Below, piece by piece: positions 51,175 through 60,871 of a stretch of 64,000 bases of DNA. The stretch is from Elusimicrobiales bacterium (GTDB lineage: Bacteria > Elusimicrobiota > Elusimicrobia > Elusimicrobiales > UBA9959). The notes beneath the pieces were generated by a model that made no database searches, was not told the origin of the DNA, and saw nothing but the letters and a program-made list of their open reading frames with translations. Numbering within the stretch: position 1 is the first letter of the stretch; each line of letters begins with the position of its first letter. The position numbers and the translations under genes were made by a program. The stretch covers positions 929 to 64,928 of the forward strand of contig JBBRDG010000003.1 in assembly GCA_038204165.1 (NCBI GenBank), written 5' to 3'.

Positions 51175-52860
51175 ATGAAAAAAATTATTGCCGCCGCATT
51201 GCTGGTTTTTCCCTGCGCGCTCGCCGCACAGACGGCTACCGCCGACCCGCTGCTGGACGCCATGAAAACGGAGCTGAACCGCTCCGCGCAGAAGCTTAAG
51301 AACGCGGAAGCCACCCCGCTCTATTACATCGGCTACGAGGCTTACGACAAGACCTCCTACAGCCTGTCCGCACAGGAAGGTTCCGTTTACAGCGAGGACG
51401 ACCGCCGCGGCAGGACGCTGGACGTGGACGTGCGCGTCGGCTCTACGTCCCTCGATAATACCCACGAAATAAAAGGCAACAACTCTTCCGGAAACTCCAG
51501 CCGCCAGGAGGCTTTCAGTCTGCCGGTAGAGAACGACCCCGCCCCGCTCCGGGCCGAGCTCTGGAACCTAACTGACCGCGCCTATAAGGCCGCCGAGGAC
51601 CAGTACGCCAAAGTGAAAATGAACAAGAGCGTCACGGCCGAGGAGGAGGACAAGTCGGACGATTTCTCCAAAGCGCGGGCCGACAATTTTTATGAGAAAT
51701 CCTTTTTTCCGGCCATCGACAAGGCCAAGTTCCGCGGCATGGCGCGCAGGCTTTCCGATAAGTTCAAGGCTTCCGACTTTATCTATGATTCCAGTGTGCG
51801 CTTTACCGTGGATACCGTGAACCGCTATATGGTCAACTCCGATGGTGCCAGCATTGTGACCGGCAATACCTACGTGCGCTTCGTCTATTCCCTCTATACG
51901 CGCACCAAGGACGGCATGGACCTTTCCCGCGTGAAGATCTACGACTCCGACACTCCCGACGAAATTCCTTCCGAGGCTGTAATCGCCAAAGACATCGACG
52001 TTTCGATCGCGGAGCTTAAGGCCCTGCGGAACGCCCCGCCCGAGCAGCCTTATAGCGGCCCGGTGCTGATTGAAAGCCGCGCCGCCGGAGTTTTCTTTCA
52101 CGAGATCCTGGGCCACCGCCTGGAAGGGCACCGCCAGAAGAGCGAGGAGTCCGGCCAGACCTTCGCCAAGAAAGTGGGGCAGCCGATTATGCCCGCCTTC
52201 CTTTCTATCTACGACGACCCCACCCAGTACCGGTTCGGCGGTCAGTTCCTGCGCGGGTCCTACCGTTACGACGACGAGACCGCGCCCGCCACGAAAGCGG
52301 TGCTGGTTGAGAGCGGCGTGCTGAAGGGCTTCCTGATGGGTCGCTCGCCGATCAAGAATTTCCCGGAGTCCAACGGGCACGGGCGCAGGTCGGAGGGCCA
52401 CGTCTCCGTGGCGCGCATGGGGAACCTGATCGCCGTGTCTACCAAGATGGTTCCTTACGCGGAACTCCGCAAGCGACTTGTAGAAGAGGTAAAGAAGGCA
52501 GGCAAGCCTTACGGCCTTATAGTGACCGATATCGCCGGCGGCTTCACCATTACCCAGCGCTACCTGCCGCAGAGCTTTTCCGTGAATGTGACGATGGGCT
52601 ATAAGGTGTTTCCCGACGGCCGGCCGGACGAGGCCGTGCGCGGCCTGAACCTGATCGGCACCCCGCTGCAGACCTTCTCAAGGATCCTGGAGACCGGCGA
52701 CGATTACGCGGTCTTTAACGGCTCCTGCGGCGCGGAGTCCGGCTGGGTGCCGGTTTCTTCCGTGGCCCCTAGCCTGCTATTCTCCGAGATGGAAACCGAA
52801 AAGGTGCAGAAATCCAATACCAAGCCCCCGGTGCTCAAGCCGCCGTTCACGGATAAATAG
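51175..52860 (+). CDS. Exported TldD-family metalloprotease
   Basis: Signal peptide MKKIIAAALLVFPCALAAQTA. HEILGH zinc motif and GHGRRSEG typical of TldD. The ORF opens at 51127, but ATG 51175 has an SD (GGAGA) and begins the signal peptide. Confidence 0.8.
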   Translation: MKKIIAAALLVFPCALAAQTATADPLLDAMKTELNRSAQKLKNAEATPLYYIGYEAYDKTSYSLSAQEGSVYSEDDRRGRTLDVDVRVGSTSLDNTHEIKGNNSSGNSSRQEAFSLPVENDPAPLRAELWNLTDRAYKAAEDQYAKVKMNKSVTAEEEDKSDDFSKARADNFYEKSFFPAIDKAKFRGMARRLSDKFKASDFIYDSSVRFTVDTVNRYMVNSDGASIVTGNTYVRFVYSLYTRTKDGMDLSRVKIYDSDTPDEIPSEAVIAKDIDVSIAELKALRNAPPEQPYSGPVLIESRAAGVFFHEILGHRLEGHRQKSEESGQTFAKKVGQPIMPAFLSIYDDPTQYRFGGQFLRGSYRYDDETAPATKAVLVESGVLKGFLMGRSPIKNFPESNGHGRRSEGHVSVARMGNLIAVSTKMVPYAELRKRLVEEVKKAGKPYGLIVTDIAGGFTITQRYLPQSFSVNVTMGYKVFPDGRPDEAVRGLNLIGTPLQTFSRILETGDDYAVFNGSCGAESGWVPVSSVAPSLLFSEMETEKVQKSNTKPPVLKPPFTDK

Positions 52861-52874
52861 GACGGGAGAAAACC

Positions 52875-54584
52875 ATGAAAAATATATTTAACCTTATATG
52901 CGTTCTTTTCCTGGCGGCGGCGCCCGCGGCGGCCGGGGATACCGTGCTTAAGGCCATGACCGACGAGATGCAGCGCACCGCGCAGCGCCTCCGGATGGAT
53001 AATCTCGATAGGCCGTACTTTGCTTCTTACTACGTCACCGACTCCACCGACACGTCCCTCTCGGCCGTATTCGGTTCGCTGCAGAACGACAAGTCCTCCA
53101 TTACGCGCTCCGCTTCGGTGGACCTGCGCGTGGGGGGTATGGACTTCGACAGCTCCGGCTACGTGGGGCAGGATTTTAACGGCTATGAGCCCGGCAACGA
53201 CCAGCTGAACGAAGAGGACGGCTACGACGCGCTCCGCTTCTCGCTCTGGTCGCTGACCGACGACGCTTACAAGAAAGCGCTGGAAAAATATTCACAGAAG
53301 AAGGCCTACCAGAAAAAGAAGAACATCACCGAGCTGTACGGCGACCTTTCCCCCGAAAAGAAAGTGTCTTTTTTCGAGGACCGCAAGTCGGTGGAGCCGC
53401 TGGACGTGCCGGCCTGGAGGGAGACCGTAAAGAAGCTTTCTGCCGTATTCCGGAAGTATCCAAAGATACAGTCTTCCCATGTGGGCTTCAACCGCTCGCT
53501 GCGCACTGTGCGTTTTGTAAATAGCGAGGGAACTGCCTATCGCTACTGGTGGGACAATATAAGCCTTGATATCAGCGCCAATATACAGGATAAGGCAGGC
53601 CTGAAAATAGGGGACGAAAGGAATTTCGCCTGGCGCTCGCTGGCCGCAGTGCCGTCGTACGAAAAGCTGGAAGCCGTGGCCGAGGCCTTCGCCAGCGACA
53701 TGAGCTACCTGGTGGACACCTCCACCGCCGAGGTTTACCTGGGGCCGGTGCTCTTTGAAAACCAGGCAGCCGCCGAGTTCCTGAACCAGCTGTTCGTCAG
53801 CAATATCTCTTTTGCGCGCACCCCCTGGGCCGATCACGAGGACTGGATCCGCTATTACATAGCTTCCGGCGATCTTACCAAGAAGTTGAATATGCGCGTG
53901 CTTCCCGGTTTTATCGGAGTGAGCGACAACCCGCTGCTTACCGCCTACGACGGGCAGCAGCTTAACGGCAGCTACCCGATAGATAACGAAGGCGTGCGCC
54001 CCGGGCCGCTGGACCTGGTAAAGAATGGTAGGCTGGTTAACTTTTACATGAGCCGCGCCCCGGTGAAAGAATTCCGTAAATCCAACGGCCACGCCCGCGG
54101 CGCCACGGGCGAGTTCGCCACGCCGCGCCCCGGCAATGTGCTGTTCACCGTGCAGCCGGAGAAGCGCGCCCCGCTGGCCGAGCTTAAGAAAAAGCTCCTC
54201 CAGATGGCCGCCGAGAACGGTCTGGAATACGCCGTGATCGTCCGCCGCCTGGACGGGGCGGGCGAAAAGAAGACCGAGGACCTGCTGGCCGGGCCGGTGC
54301 TGGCCTATAAGGTCAGCGTTAAGGACGGCTCGGAGACCCTGATAGGCGGGTCGGAATGGACCGGCGTGACCTTCCGCGCGCTGCGCGACATCCTGCTGAC
54401 CTCGGACGCAGACCAGGTATACAACTATTATCAGCCCGGCCCCTTCTACTACAACCGCGGCTACGTGCCGGCTTCCATTGTGGCCCCGTCCGCGCTGCTG
54501 GTGCAGGAGATGGAGCTTAAGCCTACCGACAGGAAGCCTGACCGCCAGCCTTACCTGCCGCATCCGTATTTCGAGAAAAATTAG
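52875..54584 (+). CDS. Exported TldD/PmbA-family protein (non-catalytic PmbA-like partner)
   Basis: Signal peptide MKNIFNLICVLFLAAAPAAAG. Shares the NGHARG motif and overall layout with the upstream paralogue, but no HExxxH motif was seen. Confidence 0.7.
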   Translation: MKNIFNLICVLFLAAAPAAAGDTVLKAMTDEMQRTAQRLRMDNLDRPYFASYYVTDSTDTSLSAVFGSLQNDKSSITRSASVDLRVGGMDFDSSGYVGQDFNGYEPGNDQLNEEDGYDALRFSLWSLTDDAYKKALEKYSQKKAYQKKKNITELYGDLSPEKKVSFFEDRKSVEPLDVPAWRETVKKLSAVFRKYPKIQSSHVGFNRSLRTVRFVNSEGTAYRYWWDNISLDISANIQDKAGLKIGDERNFAWRSLAAVPSYEKLEAVAEAFASDMSYLVDTSTAEVYLGPVLFENQAAAEFLNQLFVSNISFARTPWADHEDWIRYYIASGDLTKKLNMRVLPGFIGVSDNPLLTAYDGQQLNGSYPIDNEGVRPGPLDLVKNGRLVNFYMSRAPVKEFRKSNGHARGATGEFATPRPGNVLFTVQPEKRAPLAELKKKLLQMAAENGLEYAVIVRRLDGAGEKKTEDLLAGPVLAYKVSVKDGSETLIGGSEWTGVTFRALRDILLTSDADQVYNYYQPGPFYYNRGYVPASIVAPSALLVQEMELKPTDRKPDRQPYLPHPYFEKN

Positions 54585-54630
54585 TGACGGCGCGTGTTGC
54601 AAGCGCTTAGCCATAAAACTTAAACAATCC

Positions 54631-54678
54631 TCAAACTAGTCTAAAAGTGTTGACTTTTAGGCTAGTTTGATGTATATT
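54631..54678 (+). promoter_or_regulatory. Glutamine synthetase promoter embedded in a 40-bp AT-rich palindrome (candidate operator)
   Basis: TCAAACTAGTCTAAAAGT-gttg-ACTTTTAGGCTAGTTTGA (17 of 20 arm positions pair). Within it, TTGACT at 54650-54655, a 17-nt spacer, TATATT at 54673-54678. Confidence 0.5.
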
Positions 54679-54713
54679 TACTGTATAAGCACTACTAATA
54701 GGAGAAATGACCT

Positions 54714-56165
54714 ATGAAAAATGATGCGTCCGGAGACTGCGCCCCTCTGAAGAACTTTCTCGAGATTCCTTACGATGAACTGGAAACCCTGAACCTTGAG
54801 GCCGCGGAGGCCGCCGAAAAGCTTTCTCCCGCGGAGCTGGAAAAGAAGTACTGCGCCTACCTGCAGAAAGAAAAACGCCTTAAGGCGGTAACGGTCTGCT
54901 TTACCGATATCGAGGGCCGCTTCCAGATGCTGGACTACGATAAGCAGTATTTCCTGCGCTCCAACGACAACCTTACTTTCGACGGCTCTTCCATTCGCGG
55001 TTTCTCCGCGCAGAAAGAATCTGACCTGCGCCTGGGGATAGACTGGGGGAGCATCGTCTGGCTGCCGTCCGACGTGTTCGGCCCCGGCAAGGTCATCATG
55101 TTCGGCACGGTGCTCGGCCGCGACAAGACCATGTACGAGTCCGATTTTCGCGCGCGTCTGGTAGCCCTGGCGGCGGAGATGAAGAAGACCCGGGGTATTA
55201 CCGCCAACGTGGCGGGCGAAGTGGAAGGCTTTGTGGTGAAAGGGCCCAACGCTGAGCAGGCATACAACGAGGTAAGCGGGTTTGAACTTATCTCCACCGG
55301 CGGCTACTTCCATTCACTGCCGCTGGCCCCGCTTAAGATCTTCATCGACACCGCGGCCGAGGCACAGCGCGCGATGGGCTTCCGCAACGAGAAAGATCAC
55401 CCAGAAGTGGCCCCTTCGCAGTTCGAGCTGAATTTTTCCCATGCCGGTGTGGTGCGCGCTTGCGACCTGGTGCAGCTCTACAAACTGGTCTGCCGGCAGG
55501 TTGCCGCCAACATGGGCATGACCGCCACGTTCCTGCCTAAGCCTGTTTCGGGAGTTAACGGCAGCGGCATGCACCTGAACCTGTCTTTCTCCAAAGGGGG
55601 GAAGAACATTTTTTACGACGCCAAGGGCGAGGACGGTCTTTCCAAAGCGGCGTGGGAAGTTGTCTCCCGCATCCTCAACCACGCGCAGGAACTCTCGCTG
55701 ATCCTGAACCCCAGCGTGAACGCCTACCGCCGCCTGGACCCGCATTTTGAGGCGCCCAACCAGATAAAGGTCTCGTCGGTAGACCGCGGCGCCATGATCC
55801 GCATTCCGGCGGGCAATGAGAAATCCGCCCGGCTGGAGATCCGCTCAGTTGCTCCGGACGCCAACCCCTACCTGGCGCTGTACGCGCTGCTGCGCACCGC
55901 GCTGGACGGCGAGCCCGTTACCAAAGACGAAGGCAAGCGCGACCGCGTGCGCTTTCTGCCCGGGAATATTTACGACGCGCTGCGCATTTTCCGTGGCAGC
56001 GACTTTATCAAGAATATCCTGGGAGCGGCCCCGCACGAGAAGTACGCGGCGCACAAGCAGGCGGCCGCGGACCGCAGCCCAAGGGAGCTGGGCACCATAG
56101 TGAAAACCTCCGAGGTCCTGTTTCATCACGACGTGACCACGCAAATGCTCTGGCATAAGTTCTAG
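54714..56165 (+). CDS. glnA: Glutamine synthetase family protein (type I-like)
   Basis: 483 aa. Motifs FTDIEGRF, NGSGMHLNLSF, VDRGAMIRIP and RLEIRSVAPDANPYLA. SD AGGAGA lies upstream. Confidence 0.85.
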   Translation: MKNDASGDCAPLKNFLEIPYDELETLNLEAAEAAEKLSPAELEKKYCAYLQKEKRLKAVTVCFTDIEGRFQMLDYDKQYFLRSNDNLTFDGSSIRGFSAQKESDLRLGIDWGSIVWLPSDVFGPGKVIMFGTVLGRDKTMYESDFRARLVALAAEMKKTRGITANVAGEVEGFVVKGPNAEQAYNEVSGFELISTGGYFHSLPLAPLKIFIDTAAEAQRAMGFRNEKDHPEVAPSQFELNFSHAGVVRACDLVQLYKLVCRQVAANMGMTATFLPKPVSGVNGSGMHLNLSFSKGGKNIFYDAKGEDGLSKAAWEVVSRILNHAQELSLILNPSVNAYRRLDPHFEAPNQIKVSSVDRGAMIRIPAGNEKSARLEIRSVAPDANPYLALYALLRTALDGEPVTKDEGKRDRVRFLPGNIYDALRIFRGSDFIKNILGAAPHEKYAAHKQAAADRSPRELGTIVKTSEVLFHHDVTTQMLWHKF

Positions 56166-56230
56166 AAGCTGGGCCCGGGAGGCCCTGCAAGCCTGACCCG
56201 GTGAAGGCGCAGAGTCGCGAATAGTTCCGT

Positions 56231-56261
56231 AAAAAAAGCCCGCTCTTCGGCGGGCTTTTTT
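56231..56261. terminator. Bidirectional rho-independent terminator
   Basis: A7 + GCCCGC / GCGGGC stem (TCTTCG loop) + T6, between convergent glnA and the rhodanese gene. Confidence 0.8.
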
Positions 56262-56275
56262 ATTTCTAAGTGTAT

Positions 56276-56749
56276 TTACTTTGCGACGGGCAGCCCAGCC
56301 GCGGCCCAGGCTGTTATGCCGCCCTCGATGTCGTGGATATCTGTAAAGCCAAGTTCCTTCATAATGCCAAGGGCCAGGCCGCTGCGGTGGCCGCTGCGGC
56401 AATAGATCAGGTAAGTCGCGCCCTTGTCTAGCTTGGCCAGCTGTTCTTTGAAATCAGGGGCGTAGTAATCCAGCTGCCTGGTGGCCGCTTCCAGGTGGCC
56501 GGCGGCGTACTCTTCGGGTCTGCGGATGTCTATTACCACCGGTTTCACGGCAGCCAGAAAAGATTTTGCTTCGATAGGTTTTATGTTCAGCGGGAAGTCC
56601 GCTCTAGCGGGGGCGGAAGCCGCCGGTATCTGGGCCGTGGTCAGTTCTTTAAGGGCCGCCGGTTTTATTCCCAAAAGGGAGGAGAAATCGAAGGCGTGGG
56701 CGCCTGCGCCCGGGAAAATTAAAAGGGCGATAACCAATAGTGTCTTCAT
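56276..56749 (-). CDS. Exported single-domain rhodanese sulfurtransferase
   Basis: Signal peptide MKTLLVIALLIFPGAGAHA and active-site loop YCRSGHRSG. Confidence 0.85.
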   Translation of the reverse strand: MKTLLVIALLIFPGAGAHAFDFSSLLGIKPAALKELTTAQIPAASAPARADFPLNIKPIEAKSFLAAVKPVVIDIRRPEEYAAGHLEAATRQLDYYAPDFKEQLAKLDKGATYLIYCRSGHRSGLALGIMKELGFTDIHDIEGGITAWAAAGLPVAK

Positions 56750-56829
56750 AAGGTTATTTTATCAAAATATCAAGACTGCTAATACCACGGAGGGGGGGAT
56801 TTGTTTTTTTTGTATTATATTTACAAGAT

Positions 56830-58536
56830 ATGGTACAAAAACACAGGCTTTACGTGATCCTGGCCGCCGCGGCGCTGGTTTTTCACCTGTTCGAGGGGTT
56901 CGGATTTATAAATTCCGCTTCGCCCACTTACGACGAGACGGTGCACCTGTCCAGCGGCTACTCCTACCTGGCCACCGGCCTTTACCGGATGAACGTGATG
57001 GACCATCCGCCTTTTTCCGAGATGCTCTCGGCGCTGCCGCTGCTGGCCCTTAAGCCGCAGTCTTTTGCCGGGCACCCTTTCTTTCTGAACCTCCAGGCCT
57101 ATCATTACGGCGACTTGTTCCTGTATCACAACAACAGCCCCGCCGAACGCCTGCTCAACACCGCCAGGCGCTTCACTTTCGTGATCTGGACGGTCCTGCT
57201 GGCCATTTTCATCTGGCTGTTCGCCTCCAGGCTGGAATCGGCGGAGGCGGCGGGGCTTTCCATAGCGGTCTTCTGCCTGATGCCGGTCTTTATTTCCAAC
57301 GACGCGCTGGTAACTACCGACGCCGCGGCCGCGGTGTTCTATTTTGGTTCTTTTGCGCTGGCCTGGCGTTTTGTCGACGCCGGTACTGAAGCCGGCAAGG
57401 GTGGTAAACACCCCGCGCTCCCTGAAGGCAAACTGCGGCTCTGGGCCTGCCTCTCCGGCGCGGCGGCCGGGCTGGGCATGGTCTCCAAGTTCAGCCTGTT
57501 CATTATCCCGCCCCTGGTGGCCGTTTTCTGGATAGCAGACAACCTGCGCTGGCCGCGGATGAAATTTTCAAAGCTCGCCGGCTATCTCGGTCTGTTCGCC
57601 GCGGCCTGCCTGCTTACGGTGCTGCTGGTCTACAAGTTCGACCTGAAGCTTTATTACGACGGCCTTTACGCTACGCTGACGCGCCTGGACGCAGGCCGCT
57701 CTTCGTTCGCCATGGGCCGCCACACGCTGAAGGGGGTCTGGTGGTACTTCCCCTTCGCCCTGGCGGTAAAAACCCCGCTGCTGGCGCTTCTTGGCGCCGC
57801 CGCGGGGCTTGTGCTTATTTTTAAGAACTTCCGCAAAGGCTATCTGTGGCTGCTGGTGCCGCCGGCTATCTTCTTAGCGGCTTCGTTTACCGTGAAGGTG
57901 CAGATAGGCTACAGGCACATCATGCCGGTGATGCCTTTCCTGGCCGTGCTGGCCGGTATAGCGCTGGCGCGGCTGCTGCAGGTTAAGAAAGGCGCCTGGC
58001 TCGCCTGCGGGCTGCTGGGGCTTACCGCGGTTTCCGTTTCACGCGCGCACCCTTACTACCTCGCTTATTTCAACGAACTGGCCGGCGGGCCGGCCGGGGG
58101 CTACAAACTGTTCGTGGATTCGAACCTGGATTGGGGGCAGGACGTGAAGGGCGTGGCGGAGTATCTGCGTTCGCGCGGCAACCCGCCGGCGATCTTCTCC
58201 TATTTCGGCGTGGCCCGCCCGGAGAGCTACGGCGTGGATTATGTGCCCCTGGGCATTGTTTCCAACGTGGAATTCCCAGGCAGCGGCGCGCAGGTCTGCG
58301 CTATGAAGGAAATGCTGCTGGCGGTTTCGGCCACCAATCTGCAGGGGACCTATTATTCCGACCATAACACCTTCTCCTGGCTGAAAGACAGGAAGCCTGT
58401 CTACACGGCCGGCTATTCTATCTTCGTTTACGACCTAACCGCGGATAAGGATGGATTGGAAAAACTCGCGGCGCTGTTCGACCGCGAAGGCCGTAACGTC
58501 GAGGCCGACTGCCTTTACGCCCGCGCCGGTAAATAA
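56830..58536 (+). CDS. GT39/ArnT-PMT-family glycosyltransferase
   Basis: 568 aa, polytopic. First-loop YDETVH (DE motif) and a large C-terminal periplasmic domain. Confidence 0.75.
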   Translation: MVQKHRLYVILAAAALVFHLFEGFGFINSASPTYDETVHLSSGYSYLATGLYRMNVMDHPPFSEMLSALPLLALKPQSFAGHPFFLNLQAYHYGDLFLYHNNSPAERLLNTARRFTFVIWTVLLAIFIWLFASRLESAEAAGLSIAVFCLMPVFISNDALVTTDAAAAVFYFGSFALAWRFVDAGTEAGKGGKHPALPEGKLRLWACLSGAAAGLGMVSKFSLFIIPPLVAVFWIADNLRWPRMKFSKLAGYLGLFAAACLLTVLLVYKFDLKLYYDGLYATLTRLDAGRSSFAMGRHTLKGVWWYFPFALAVKTPLLALLGAAAGLVLIFKNFRKGYLWLLVPPAIFLAASFTVKVQIGYRHIMPVMPFLAVLAGIALARLLQVKKGAWLACGLLGLTAVSVSRAHPYYLAYFNELAGGPAGGYKLFVDSNLDWGQDVKGVAEYLRSRGNPPAIFSYFGVARPESYGVDYVPLGIVSNVEFPGSGAQVCAMKEMLLAVSATNLQGTYYSDHNTFSWLKDRKPVYTAGYSIFVYDLTADKDGLEKLAALFDREGRNVEADCLYARAGK

Positions 58537-58540
58537 AGAG

Positions 58541-58565
58541 GGCCGGGACTCCCCGGCCTTCTTTC
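58541..58565. terminator. Hairpin terminator between convergent genes
   Basis: GGCCGGG / CCCGGCC stem with a 4-nt loop, followed by TTCTTTC. Confidence 0.6.
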
Positions 58566-58579
58566 TGATCTAAGCCGCT

Positions 58580-58741
58580 TTAATTCACTACTTCGAACTC
58601 TTCCTTACCCGCTCCGCAGACGGGGCAGACCCAGGCTTCGGGCAGCTTGTCGAAGGCGGTGCCGGCGGGGATATTGGCGTCAGGATCGCCCACGGCGGGG
58701 TCGTAGATGTAACCGCAGAGTTTGCAGACGTATTTATTCAT
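58580..58741 (-). CDS. Rubredoxin
   Basis: Hand-translated 53-aa ORF, below the track's length cut-off: [53 protein letters not shown]. It has both CxxCG knuckles. Its ATG directly follows the stop of the upstream gene (TAAATG). Confidence 0.92.
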   Translation of the reverse strand: MNKYVCKLCGYIYDPAVGDPDANIPAGTAFDKLPEAWVCPVCGAGKEEFEVVN

Positions 58742-59245
58742 TTAGTTCTCCTGGCTGGCTTTCATTCTTTTGAGCAGGGCAGCAAGGATGGAAATGTGGC
58801 GCATCTCTTCCTTTATGATCCCGCCCAGTTTGTCGGCTTCTTCCCTGTCTACCACAGCTTCCTGAAGTCCCAGGTAGAAGATAACTGAATCTTTCTCGAT
58901 GCCTAGCGCGAATTCAACGGCTTCTTTGGACGAACGCTTGCCGCCGAAGAAGGAGGCATAGTCGGCGCTCAGGCTGTAGACCCCGGCGTCGGCCATTTCC
59001 CTGATGGAGGCGGCGTACTTCCCTTGAGGGTCGTTCAGGAAAAGGCTTTCCCGCTGCTCCAGGGCGAGGGACAGGGCTTTGAAGTAGCCTCTGTGCTCCT
59101 CTTCCATGGCTGCCAACTTCAGGAAGATATCTGCGGCATAGGGATCAGTAGACCCCTCTGCCGCCTTCCTGTAGAAAAGCGCGCCGTTCTCCTCTACCCT
59201 GACGGCGGCCGCCAGGGCTTCGGCGAAGGACAGCGAAAAACCCAT
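58742..59245 (-). CDS. Ferritin-like (rubrerythrin-family diiron domain) protein
   Basis: 167 aa. Paired E...ExxH-type helices (AAMEEEHRGYF; IKEEMRHISIL); no rubredoxin domain. Confidence 0.7.
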   Translation of the reverse strand: MGFSLSFAEALAAAVRVEENGALFYRKAAEGSTDPYAADIFLKLAAMEEEHRGYFKALSLALEQRESLFLNDPQGKYAASIREMADAGVYSLSADYASFFGGKRSSKEAVEFALGIEKDSVIFYLGLQEAVVDREEADKLGGIIKEEMRHISILAALLKRMKASQEN

Positions 59246-59625
59246 CAGGCCTTCCAGAGCCCGTGCAGGTTGCAGTATTCGCGGGCTTCCAGGGTCTTGG
59301 GCGTGAAGCAGAGGCAGAAGGTGGCTTCGGGCGCCATACCGGGCTTCAGGAACTCCCTGAAGATCTTGCCGTCAGCGACCAGCTCGATCCATTCTATGAA
59401 ATGTTTATCTTCCATAGGGTGGGGGATGGAGCCTATCTTTACCGTTATGCCCTTCTCGGTCTTCTCTATAACCGGTACATGTTTTTCTTTAGCGGCGTCG
59501 GTAGTGTTCTCTTTCATCAGTTTCATGTCCTGACCGCAGCAGACCAGTGTGCCTTCGCCGCCGTGCAGTAACTCAACAATGTTTCCGCAAAGTTCGCATT
59601 TGTAAACTTCTCTTCTTTCAGCCAT
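59245..59625 (-). CDS. dfx: Desulfoferrodoxin (2Fe superoxide reductase)
   Basis: 126 aa. N-terminal desulforedoxin motif CELCGN...VCCG and the SOR centre residues ([26 protein letters not shown]). Confidence 0.92.
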   Translation of the reverse strand: MAERREVYKCELCGNIVELLHGGEGTLVCCGQDMKLMKENTTDAAKEKHVPVIEKTEKGITVKIGSIPHPMEDKHFIEWIELVADGKIFREFLKPGMAPEATFCLCFTPKTLEAREYCNLHGLWKA

Positions 59626-59661
59626 AAATATTGTCTCCTTTAATTTAACTTCGACCTTAGC

Positions 59662-60210
59662 TTATATCAGAGCCTTAAGCGCGTTGAGTATATCCTCATA
59701 GTTGGGCTCGGACGCCACTTCCGGCACTATCTGCGCGTACTTCACTATGCCGTCTTTGTCTACAATAAAGACCGCCCTGGCCAGCAGGCGCAGGTCCTTT
59801 ATCAGGACGCCCCAGGTCTTGCCGAATTCGGCCTTCTGGTAGTCCGAGAAAGTGCGCACTGCCTTAACTCCGGCGGCTCCGCACCAGCGCTTCTGCGCGA
59901 AAGGCAGGTCCATGCTGATGGTCAGCACTCCCACGTCGGGGCCGAGGGCTTCGGCTTCCTTGTTAAACCGGCGGGTCTCCAGGTCACAGACCGGCGTGTC
60001 CAGCGACGGCACCGCGATAATTACCGCCAGTTTGCCGCCGTAGGTGCGGGAGAACTTCATGGGCAGCATATCGTTGTCGATCACTTTGAAGTCAGGGGCG
60101 GTCATGCCCACCTTGATCTCGTCGCCGGCAAGGACCATCGGGCGGCCCTGCATGGTGACGGTTCGCTTTACGGCTTCTTTCTTGGTCTCATCGTTGATAT
60201 TTTCTTCCAT
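59662..60210 (-). CDS. tpx: Thiol peroxidase
   Basis: 182 aa. Peroxidatic Cys motif PSLDTPVC and resolving Cys context FAQKRWCGA. Confidence 0.88.
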   Translation of the reverse strand: MEENINDETKKEAVKRTVTMQGRPMVLAGDEIKVGMTAPDFKVIDNDMLPMKFSRTYGGKLAVIIAVPSLDTPVCDLETRRFNKEAEALGPDVGVLTISMDLPFAQKRWCGAAGVKAVRTFSDYQKAEFGKTWGVLIKDLRLLARAVFIVDKDGIVKYAQIVPEVASEPNYEDILNALKALI

Positions 60211-60231
60211 AGTGTCCTTTTGTTTCCGGAT

Positions 60232-60804
60232 TTACCAGTTCTCGGCCAGCACTTCGAAGTAAGCCTTGGGGTGGGCGCAGGCCGGGCAGTTTTCCGGGGC
60301 CTCTTCGCCTTCGTGCACGTAACCGCAGTTTATGCAGCGCCATTTGGTTTTCTGGGCCTTCTTGAAAACCTTGCCTTCCTCGAGGTTCTTCAGGAAGCCG
60401 AGGTAGCGGGCCTCATGCTGTTTCTCTGCCACGGAAACTGCTTCGAAAGTTTTTGCTACCGGCTCAAAGCCCTCTTCGCGGGCTATCTTGGCGAAATCGG
60501 GGTACATGGAGCCCCATTCATGGTTCTCGCCGGCGGCGGAGTTCTTAAGGTTGGTCTTGGTGTCGGCGATAGTGCCGGCCGGAAAAGTAGCGGTAATCTC
60601 AACATCTCCGCCCTCGAGGAACTTGAAGAAGCGCTTGGCGTGCTCCTTCTCCTGATTCGCGGTCTCTTCGAAAGCCATGCTTATCTGTTCGTAGCCCTCT
60701 TTCTTGGCTGCGCTGGCGAAATAGGTGTAACGGTTGCGGGCCTGCGACTCTCCCGCGAAAGCGGCAAGCAGGTTTTTTTCGGTCTTCGAACCTTTAATTT
60801 TCAT
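60232..60804 (-). CDS. rbr: Rubrerythrin
   Basis: 190 aa. N-terminus GSKTEKNLLAAFAGESQARNRY, diiron EExH motifs, and a C-terminal rubredoxin-like domain CINCGY...CPAC. Confidence 0.93.
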   Translation of the reverse strand: MKIKGSKTEKNLLAAFAGESQARNRYTYFASAAKKEGYEQISMAFEETANQEKEHAKRFFKFLEGGDVEITATFPAGTIADTKTNLKNSAAGENHEWGSMYPDFAKIAREEGFEPVAKTFEAVSVAEKQHEARYLGFLKNLEEGKVFKKAQKTKWRCINCGYVHEGEEAPENCPACAHPKAYFEVLAENW

Positions 60805-60871
60805 GTTTCCTCCTGTAGTTTGCTGGCACCGCCGGACCCCACCGGACAGCGTTTAGAGAACTTATATTCTA

